Shown one piece after another: positions 37,924 to 45,138 of a stretch of DNA of 45,138 nt (positions are counted from its first letter, which is position 1; each line of letters opens with the position of its first letter). Below the pieces are notes generated by a model. That model was not told the origin of the DNA. It saw only the letters and a program-made list of their open reading frames with translations, and searched no databases. The position numbers were made by a program, and so were the translations under genes. This DNA comes from a virus. Location: the IMG/VR virus record IMGVR_UViG_3300000976_000010; one strand, 5' to 3'.

Positions 37924-38169
37924 TTATTCAAACAAATTATATAGTTCAAATTCATTAAAGCACACCCGATCCATGTTTGATTCTAATACGCCCAAAAGGC
38001 CATTTAATAGAAAAGTGTAATTGGGAGTCTGTAAGACAATTCCTGAATTATGATGAAAAGTAAATTCGTAATCAAATTGTAGCTGACGTGAACATTTAGA
38101 CTTTAATTCTTCTAGGCATTCATCTATCTGTGATTTAATATTATAAATCTTTTGCTGTAACTCTGTCAT
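37924..38169 (-). CDS. hypothetical protein
   Basis: ORF track. Confidence 0.6.
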   Translation of the reverse strand: MTELQQKIYNIKSQIDECLEELKSKCSRQLQFDYEFTFHHNSGIVLQTPNYTFLLNGLLGVLESNMDRVCFNEFELYNLFE

Positions 38170-38293
38170 GTTTATGTATTTTGGCTATTTATTTAAAAAC
38201 TTGTACGTATAAATACATTTTTTATACAGCACTGTTTATGTGATATTGAAAGAAAGTATTTTAAAGCTGAATTTTGGTTTCAGTCTTTTAATT

Positions 38294-38518
38294 TTATGAC
38301 TGAGATACTTGCGAAATAACCTCTTGTTTAAGATTGTCTAACCATTGGTAAAAAATGGGAATAGTTTCCTCTGCAAAAAGTCTAGCCTCTAATTCCAAAA
38401 GCTTTTCGGTTTGCTTTTCGGTTGAAACACCTCTATCTATTTTGTATTCTTCTGTCAATCTTTTCTTGGAGTTAATTATGGCATTAGTTAACTCCTTGAG
38501 CATTTCTTGTTGATTCAT
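38294..38518 (-). CDS. hypothetical protein
   Basis: Has a decayed partial paralog at 29550-29769. Confidence 0.7.
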   Translation of the reverse strand: MNQQEMLKELTNAIINSKKRLTEEYKIDRGVSTEKQTEKLLELEARLFAEETIPIFYQWLDNLKQEVISQVSQS

Positions 38519-38524
38519 TTTTGA

Positions 38525-38758
38525 CTACAAGTTTTTGATAAGCTGAATAATTTCGCCTGTCGTCTTATGGGAAATATTGACTGTTTTTATTTCGTTGTCA
38601 TCACCAAACCTATTAATGATCTCTATGCTATGATTTGTAATATTTAGAACATCGTAGTCTGTATCAGATTCAATGTTATAAATAACACCGTCCATTTTTT
38701 CGGCAGGGCTTATCTTACTGTTCTTCTTTGAATCTTGGTATGTATTCCACTTTCTCAT
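38525..38758 (-). CDS. hypothetical protein
   Basis: ORF track. Confidence 0.6.
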   Translation of the reverse strand: MRKWNTYQDSKKNSKISPAEKMDGVIYNIESDTDYDVLNITNHSIEIINRFGDDNEIKTVNISHKTTGEIIQLIKNL

Positions 38759-38806
38759 GCGTATGCTTTTTTATTGTGTTTAAAATTAAAAGATTTTATG
38801 CACCCA

Positions 38807-39019
38807 TTAAAAAGTTTTTAACTGTCTCTCCAATTTGTAAATATTAGTCCTTGTTTCTGCCATTGTATTCTTTACGTTTGCCAACCTTTTGGCTAAAATT
38901 GAAAGGGTATTATATTCTTTTGCGGATAAGAAGTTGATATTGCTTAGTTCCGATACACGCTGCTCAATATTTTTCTTTAGATTTTTTAACTTAGCTAGTT
39001 TACTGTTTAAATTTTCCAT
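38807..39019 (-). CDS. small coiled-coil early protein
   Basis: TATATTTG box at 39062-39069. Confidence 0.65.
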   Translation of the reverse strand: MENLNSKLAKLKNLKKNIEQRVSELSNINFLSAKEYNTLSILAKRLANVKNTMAETRTNIYKLERQLKTF

Positions 39020-39169
39020 AATGCGTTATGTTTTTAGTTGTTGTTAGTGTTGTTGTTAATACAAATATAAGACAAAAATTCTTAAGTTTCTAAAATTTAA
39101 TGAAAGAAATTGAAAAATGAATTAAGGACTCAATTAAGCATAATCTGAATAGGTTTTCCAAGCTATTAG

Positions 39170-39592
39170 TTATTTACATTGGTGCAAATTTTTTGAATGG
39201 TATCCTAGCCTTTTTTGATTGCTTAGTATGTTTTGTGTGTACTCTTCAATATCGCATTGACATTCGACTAATTCAACTCGGTGTAACTTAACCCTTTCCT
39301 CAATATCATCCAAAATTTTTGCTTCTAGTATCTCTTTAAAATCATTTTCAGATCCTTTAGATAAATAAAAGGCGTTTAAAAGCGTTGACGGGGACTGTAC
39401 CCCATCTATAGAGTTATCAGATAGCGGAGATTTTTTGTACTCGTTAAGCCTTTCAAAAGTGGAGTACAGTTGCTCCTCTTTTAGCTTTGCATCACGAAGT
39501 TTTAATGATGCCTCCTTTATATTTCTTATAGCGTTTTCGCATAAGTATAATTCGGTTAATGTTTGTTGGTATTCTTTCTCTATTTTGTTCAT
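39170..39592 (-). CDS. coiled-coil hypothetical protein
   Basis: ORF track. Confidence 0.6.
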   Translation of the reverse strand: MNKIEKEYQQTLTELYLCENAIRNIKEASLKLRDAKLKEEQLYSTFERLNEYKKSPLSDNSIDGVQSPSTLLNAFYLSKGSENDFKEILEAKILDDIEERVKLHRVELVECQCDIEEYTQNILSNQKRLGYHSKNLHQCK

Positions 39593-39651
39593 GATGATAG
39601 TTCATTTCTTATAATGCTTAAAAATAGGCATAAATATATCTAAACGGTAGA

Positions 39652-39945
39652 TCACCCACCTCCTATTGCGCTTTTAACACTTTCCATTTCTTCTACACTA
39701 TGCACCTCAAGTATTAACTTTAGCATTTCTTCATAGCTCAACGAAAAATGTGAATGTGGATTGCCCCCCTTTTTTTCAATTTTATCTATAACATCACCAA
39801 CATATTTTTCAATTCGACACCTTTCTTCTTTAACCAATATTTCTACAATATGTTCTTTGTTCAAATTGTAGTGGGTTATGTTATCTGCAATACTACTAAA
39901 TATGCAATATCTTCCATTGGGCTGTTTAATTATTTGCTGTGCCAT
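39652..39945 (-). CDS. hypothetical phage protein
   Basis: IIKQPNGRYCIFSSIADNITHYN N-terminus. Confidence 0.7.
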   Translation of the reverse strand: MAQQIIKQPNGRYCIFSSIADNITHYNLNKEHIVEILVKEERCRIEKYVGDVIDKIEKKGGNPHSHFSLSYEEMLKLILEVHSVEEMESVKSAIGGG

Positions 39946-40020
39946 TTTTGTTATCTATTTTTTATGTTATATTACAAAATATACTATAAACAAAAAGTGA
40001 AAGTATAAAATAATAATTTG

Positions 40021-40338
40021 TTAAGATCCATACACTACGTATTTGGGCAGTTCGTCAATCAATTCTTCACTATCCCACTTCTTAGAACGGTCTTTTAGCA
40101 GCGTGTGTATTACATCACCGAAAAGGAAGTGCTTGTCGCCAATAATAAGATAAAGCCCTTCAAAGCTACTAAAGTAGATTTCATGATCGAAGGCTAGTTG
40201 ATGGGAATACCCAATTTTAAAAGCATTTACTAAAAGCTTTCTCCTGTGCCTTATTTTATCGCCCAAAATTTCAAAACCACTTTTACTTCTATTCATCATA
40301 AATTTGTATGAATGCCCCATTAAAAGGATTTTAACCAT
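40021..40338 (-). CDS. hypothetical protein
   Basis: ORF track. Confidence 0.55.
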   Translation of the reverse strand: MVKILLMGHSYKFMMNRSKSGFEILGDKIRHRRKLLVNAFKIGYSHQLAFDHEIYFSSFEGLYLIIGDKHFLFGDVIHTLLKDRSKKWDSEELIDELPKYVVYGS

Positions 40339-40505
40339 TCTAAATTATCACTATGATATTTCACAGCTTCTGCAATTGTTAAATTATGAGCCTTTTGAGT
40401 CATAAATATTTCTTTAGCATCATTTACCGAATAGCCCATATTTATGATAGGAGTCAATTGGCAAATAAGAGAAGGCGATATTACACCTGATTCTTCTCTG
40501 CTCAT
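40320..40505 (-). CDS. small hypothetical protein
   Basis: TATCTTTG box at 40577-40584. Confidence 0.55.
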   Translation of the reverse strand: MSREESGVISPSLICQLTPIINMGYSVNDAKEIFMTQKAHNLTIAEAVKYHSDNLEWLKSF

Positions 40506-40640
40506 TAATGCAATTTAACTTCCGTACTTTGATGTCCATGTTTTCATGATTTCTACCTTTTATGTTTAACAATAATCAAAGATACTAATTAATTTTAAAA
40601 GCGAAGAAAACTTTATTTTGTTTTCAAAAAAACGTCCACA

Positions 40641-41210
40641 TCATAAATGTCTAGACAAGGCTTTTCTGACCAATACTCGCTTATTTTCGTCCTTCTTATC
40701 TAAATTATTAATAAGCCAAGGGATTAAAAAACTGTGCTTATAGCTAGGGTCTGCCTTACTAGCGGAAACGCAAGATTTCAAAGGGGATGAATGTATATGA
40801 CAAACGGAATATGCTGCATGGTATGATTTATCACCACAGCCACCACTTTTATAAAGTCCGTTCGCGCAATCAAGTGCTACTTGAGTAGACTTAAGGAGTT
40901 TATATTTGTCTATAAGTCCATATTGATATTTGTCGCTCAATACCAAAGAATTTGCTAGTAATTTGTCGTTGGGCAACTCGGCCTGCCAAATCGACAACAC
41001 GTGTACAGAAGAATCAAAGGCTAATTCTATAGCCTGAGGCTTGGACAGGAAGGCGTTTACTAAAAATTCTATGAATGCTTGTGTAGGAAGAAATTTAATC
41101 AATTTAGCTAATGTAGTCGTATCTCCTCTAGTACCCAAATTCTTGAACGTGCCTTCTAATCTAGAAAATGTAACCTCTTTATTACTTAAATATTTAATTG
41201 TTTTACACAA
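40641..41210 (-). CDS. hypothetical protein, weak Imm5-like resemblance
   Basis: AFDSSVHVLSIWQAELPND. Confidence 0.45.
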   Translation of the reverse strand: MCKTIKYLSNKEVTFSRLEGTFKNLGTRGDTTTLAKLIKFLPTQAFIEFLVNAFLSKPQAIELAFDSSVHVLSIWQAELPNDKLLANSLVLSDKYQYGLIDKYKLLKSTQVALDCANGLYKSGGCGDKSYHAAYSVCHIHSSPLKSCVSASKADPSYKHSFLIPWLINNLDKKDENKRVLVRKALSRHL

Positions 41211-41225
41211 ACCTTTGTTTGATTT

Positions 41226-41474
41226 TTAGTTTCCGAAAATTGTATTCTTTACGTTTGCTAGGAATAGTTCTAAGCCATCTTTTAGAGTTTCTATCTCGAA
41301 TTCACAGCTATCCCATGTATTTTGCAATTCCATTTCATCAATAGATAAATCATCAAAGGATAAATTATCTAGAATAGCTTCATTTGCTTTAATAATCCCT
41401 TTAATATCATCAAGTTGATTTTGTAAATTGTACATTTCTTGCTCTAGTTCGATCATTCTTTCCTTTTGATTCAT
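41226..41474 (-). CDS. acidic coiled-coil protein
   Basis: Decayed paralog at 42423-42633. Confidence 0.7.
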   Translation of the reverse strand: MNQKERMIELEQEMYNLQNQLDDIKGIIKANEAILDNLSFDDLSIDEMELQNTWDSCEFEIETLKDGLELFLANVKNTIFGN

Positions 41475-41505
41475 TAAGATTGGTTGTGGTTTTATTGGTA
41501 TTGAT

Positions 41506-41880
41506 TTACAATCTCAATAAGCTATTTTTTCTTATTACGTTAAATAGATTCTCTTTGCTGCTTTGCTCAAGTTTATAATTTGTAAACAGAGTAACACCAT
41601 TCTGTTTAGTAGAAACAGACACACACAAGTCATCTGAAAAAATTACATAAGCTTTATCATCTATATAGTATACCATTTGACCATCCTGATTCCTTTTAAA
41701 ACCAAACGGCCTAAGTGTGTCACAGAGTGTACTAAAATCGCTTTCAGATCCAAACTCGATTGGCTTAATTTCATACCCCAATTCTTTCAGTTTTCCCATT
41801 ATGTCAAAAAGGTCTGACTCGTGGCAGGTAAATCCACCATATAATATGGACTTCCAAAATGCTACTGTTGATTCTCTCAT
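41506..41880 (-). CDS. hypothetical protein
   Basis: ORF track. Confidence 0.6.
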   Translation of the reverse strand: MRESTVAFWKSILYGGFTCHESDLFDIMGKLKELGYEIKPIEFGSESDFSTLCDTLRPFGFKRNQDGQMVYYIDDKAYVIFSDDLCVSVSTKQNGVTLFTNYKLEQSSKENLFNVIRKNSLLRL

Positions 41881-42047
41881 GTTTATTTATGTTGTAAACT
41901 AGTAGTTTAATATGATTTTTTTTTGTATTTATATTTAATATGTCAATTAAAATTATTCATAAAAGCTATCCGCATAATCATCCGCTTCTGCCTTAGCATT
42001 TTTTAGTCTATAGAAGTTTCCTAAAACTAAATTATGTTGTGTGTCGA

Positions 42048-42239
42048 TTAAGAAATATAGATCAGTGAAGCCGAACCATCATGCTCCATAGTTCTTTTCT
42101 CGATATGAAAACAATGACTTTCCCATGTATCACTAGATACTTTCTTGAATGGGATAGCCCTTTCAATATCCAAATAGTATTCATTCTCCAATTGAATCTC
42201 ATAATCCCTTCCTCCTGATGATCTCTGTACGTTTGCCAT
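42048..42239 (-). CDS. small hypothetical early protein
   Basis: TATATTTG box at 42294-42301. Confidence 0.5.
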   Translation of the reverse strand: MANVQRSSGGRDYEIQLENEYYLDIERAIPFKKVSSDTWESHCFHIEKRTMEHDGSASLIYIS

Positions 42240-42422
42240 GTGGTTCTGTTTTTGATTGATTAAATATGGAGCATTAGCCCCATTTGTCTGTTACAAATAT
42301 AAGACAAATTTTTTAAACTGCTAAATATTTTTATCAAGAGTTTTAAAATTGATTGATATTTTTTAGTGAATACTCTATTTTTAGCGAGTAAAAAATTCGT
42401 TATATATTATAAAAGTTAATAA

Positions 42423-42633
42423 TCAAGGAATTATAAACAAGCCCAAAGCCTCATTAATGGTCACAATTTGATCTTTATATTCGTCCCATTCGTTTGCAAT
42501 ATCATTTTATCAATAGATAAATCATCTACTATAACTTGGCGTTCGTCAATAGTAGCCTGTATCTCTTCCATCTGATTTTTGAGATCACTCATTTTTTCTG
42601 TTCTAACTCGATTATTCCTTTCTTGTAATCCAA
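42423..42633 (-). pseudogene. frameshifted paralog of 41226-41474
   Basis: IIELEQK / MSDLKNQ...DDLSIDKMILQ / EWDEY...LGLF, with two indels in A-runs. Confidence 0.7.
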
Positions 42634-42638
42634 TGCAA

Positions 42639-42821
42639 TTATTTTTTAAGATTGATTAATGATTTATCTATGGCACTATGACCACATTCCACACACTTGG
42701 TACAAGGCAATAAAGCTGTGCTTATATTATCTCTGCCTACCCAATTGTAATGTGGTAAATTTACTAATACAGTACCCCTTTCTAATTTTCCCTCACAATT
42801 GGGGCAATTGGTTTTACTCAC
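42639..42821 (-). CDS. zinc-ribbon protein
   Basis: CPNC...CVECG. Confidence 0.65.
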   Translation of the reverse strand: MSKTNCPNCEGKLERGTVLVNLPHYNWVGRDNISTALLPCTKCVECGHSAIDKSLINLKK

Positions 42822-42823
42822 GA

Positions 42824-43297
42824 TTAAAATTTTACTAAATTATCTAAGGCTGTCATATATGCCTGTAGCATTCCTTCTGCATTACTTAGATCTTCAATTA
42901 AATTATTTCTGTCCCCCTCATTTTCTGCGTATTCTAATAATGCTTTAAAGTATTCAATCTTGCGATTCCAACTCACTATACTTTCATTAATAAAAACACG
43001 CCTTTTAAATGGAAAAAAATCTTCAATTTTATAGTAAACAAGAGCAAGCCTCAATTCTTCAATAGAACGCTGTATAGATGAATAATTAAACTTCCCCTTA
43101 TCATCACCATTCCAATGAATTATATTACCCAATCTTAAAAGCTCCAAAACATCAGGATGTTCTTTAGTAAAAACCTCTCCTTTATTACGTCTAGATTTTA
43201 GGCGTAAGTCCAAAAAGGTAAAATCCTGTGCTGTTTTAGATAGATATTCCTGCTCCTGCTTTAGTTCTGCTATTCTTTGGTTGATGTAGGTTTCCAT
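42824..43297 (-). CDS. hypothetical protein
   Basis: ORF track. Confidence 0.65.
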   Translation of the reverse strand: METYINQRIAELKQEQEYLSKTAQDFTFLDLRLKSRRNKGEVFTKEHPDVLELLRLGNIIHWNGDDKGKFNYSSIQRSIEELRLALVYYKIEDFFPFKRRVFINESIVSWNRKIEYFKALLEYAENEGDRNNLIEDLSNAEGMLQAYMTALDNLVKF

Positions 43298-43307
43298 GCT
43301 GTGCTAA

Positions 43308-43511
43308 TTAGATTAATCCTTTTAATGATTCTATAATGTCCTGCAATCTCCCCCTTTGTGCATCTATACTGCTCGTTTCCCTCGTGTATTCTTGGCCTTT
43401 ATCTGAATGCTCCCATCTTTCGCTCCTATCATAGAAATGGGTCTCTCTTTATCTGCGAGCATTGAAAAATTTTTACAAGTTGATTTCTAGAGATTTGATA
43501 ATTTGTTTCAT
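43308..43511 (-). pseudogene. ORF with two in-frame TAA stops
   Basis: MKQIIKSLEINL*KFFNARR*RETHFYDRSERWEHSDKGQEY...LKGLI*. Confidence 0.6.
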
Positions 43512-43826
43512 GTTAATGTTATTTCGTCAGCCTAAAACCACATAGGGTTTATAGATTCATCAATTAAAAATTTTATGCCTACTAATGTTTTTTGCTTTTA
43601 GGTTTGTACCTCTTACAAAGAAGCCCTCTGTTGGAACGCTCTCCAATCCGTTTAACACACCTTGCTCTATTTCATAGCCTTTGTATATGGTGTTACATTT
43701 TTTATTTAATTCAGTTGCTTTTTTCATAATTATTGTTCACTAAGTTGGAATGTTACCATTTGTTTGAAAATAATGTATCGTTATCGTTGTGTTACAAATA
43801 TAAGGATAATAATTTAAACAACAAAA

Positions 43827-44285
43827 TTATTCAGAATCCGAATTAAAAAGATGGGCATAAGCCATACCAATTCCCTGTAAAATTCCCTCCCTTTTTGAAT
43901 CATCATAATTAGATAAATCAACGGCCATAGCTAATTTATGCAAGTTTTGTAATATTGATGCCGTGTTATGATCTGTAATAAGATTGTGCTTAGGGCACGT
44001 CATTATTGTAATAGGTGAACAATAGGTAATTAAATCAGAAGTTAGAACTGCACTTAATGCGTCTGTTTCCAAATCAACAACCAAATAGAAACTATTTGCA
44101 CATAAGCGTTCATTTGAAGCTCCTATTCTAATATCATAGAAGTTTGAGTATGATATTATTTCTATATCGGCCTCATGCTTGAAGTGTGAGCGTACTTGGT
44201 CTATGTTGCCATTGGCCACTAAGTAAAATCGCGAATGTCTGCCTAAATAATACCCGTGTACTGCTTCTATGTTATTATTGTTCAT
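43827..44285 (-). CDS. hypothetical protein
   Basis: ORF track. Confidence 0.65.
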   Translation of the reverse strand: MNNNNIEAVHGYYLGRHSRFYLVANGNIDQVRSHFKHEADIEIISYSNFYDIRIGASNERLCANSFYLVVDLETDALSAVLTSDLITYCSPITIMTCPKHNLITDHNTASILQNLHKLAMAVDLSNYDDSKREGILQGIGMAYAHLFNSDSE

Positions 44286-44288
44286 TAT

Positions 44289-44987
44289 CTATGGGTTTAT
44301 AATTTGGTCTGTGAAGGCGAAGTATTCTTCTAATAATTTGATGTTCTCTGTATGCTTATAGAAGGCTTCAAGGGCTTCTTCTGATACAAGATGCACTAAT
44401 GGGTTTATATTATCCTCATTATCATCCCAAAGTATTCTAGTGCCATTGGTGTATATTATAGGATGATAAACAGCAGTATTTTTAGAGTTTGGAAATTCCC
44501 TATTAAGCACATCACAAATAACCATTAGTCTAGTTTGTGCTAACATCTGCGTTGACTGTTTTTCTTTAGGGATATGATTATACATTTGTAATAAATCATC
44601 AGAATCTATTGATTGGTGTGGATAGGGCTTCAAATCACCATTTTTATCCAAGTAGTAACTCCTATCCAAGCGTTCCATACAAGCCTCCCATGTGTATTCG
44701 GCATTGAATTGATTATCACCCAATTCAAGTCCTGAATATTCCTTTACTAGTTTTAGTATCTCTTCAATTGAAAACGTGGGTCTTGAAAAAGTGGTAGTTT
44801 GAATTCCCCCCTCTACATTTTTAGCTACTTCTAATATAGAGTCTCCATCGGTGTCATCGGATAACTTTAATATAATATGAGCAGTAGGATTAATATACTC
44901 TACTATAGTCAATGCTATGCAGATTTCGGGATGTATTGTTTTAAAGCCCAAATTCTTAAGTGTGCCTAGTAGGTCTTGGTTTTTCAT
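44289..44987 (-). CDS. hypothetical protein
   Basis: ORF track. Confidence 0.65.
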   Translation of the reverse strand: MKNQDLLGTLKNLGFKTIHPEICIALTIVEYINPTAHIILKLSDDTDGDSILEVAKNVEGGIQTTTFSRPTFSIEEILKLVKEYSGLELGDNQFNAEYTWEACMERLDRSYYLDKNGDLKPYPHQSIDSDDLLQMYNHIPKEKQSTQMLAQTRLMVICDVLNREFPNSKNTAVYHPIIYTNGTRILWDDNEDNINPLVHLVSEEALEAFYKHTENIKLLEEYFAFTDQIINP

Positions 44988-45138
44988 GGTTGATTATTCA
45001 CGTTTTAAATAATACTGCTCATTTGATCTACAAAACGACAGTTCGCTAAGACTATCCTTACAATTTCTATCGTAGATTCCGAAAATTGGTTGTGCTTCAA
45101 ATCTAGCCACTTCAATGCAACTAAATTGCCTATGCTTG

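Noticed and set aside
1-45138. Genome-wide stop-codon reassignment
   Set aside because: Long genes are intact in code 11, and TAA, TAG and TGA all end genes.

Overview
AT-rich segment of a large, T4-like (contractile-tailed) jumbo phage genome. The host is probably Bacteroidota: there are many TAnnTTTG -7 promoter boxes, A-rich leaders without Shine-Dalgarno sequences, and a Sec signal peptide with an A|Q cleavage site. Virion genes (gp53-, gp6-, gp25- and gp4-like, tube-like, hub-like) are scattered among short accessory ORFs. Also present: the N-terminal half of a split family-B DNA polymerase, an Rnl2-type RNA ligase, two stand-alone DUF262 proteins, a frameshifted C5 DNA methyltransferase, a GH73-like peptidoglycan hydrolase, an SprT-like protease, four LRR proteins and several pseudogenes. 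Highlights: (1) a 131-nt tRNA-shaped RNA (15461-15591) whose anticodon loop is replaced by a 64-nt insert that itself folds as a circularly permuted, YrlA-like tRNA elbow; (2) a phage LRR family with a shared N-cap; (3) a 78-bp promoter/start repeat fused in frame to two unrelated ORFs; (4) a GTACATA candidate late promoter, with basic leaders ending in xE[S/E] on many late proteins, suggesting capsid-packaged cargo; (5) a nested 27-bp palindrome. All calls come from reading motifs by eye; no database searches were run.
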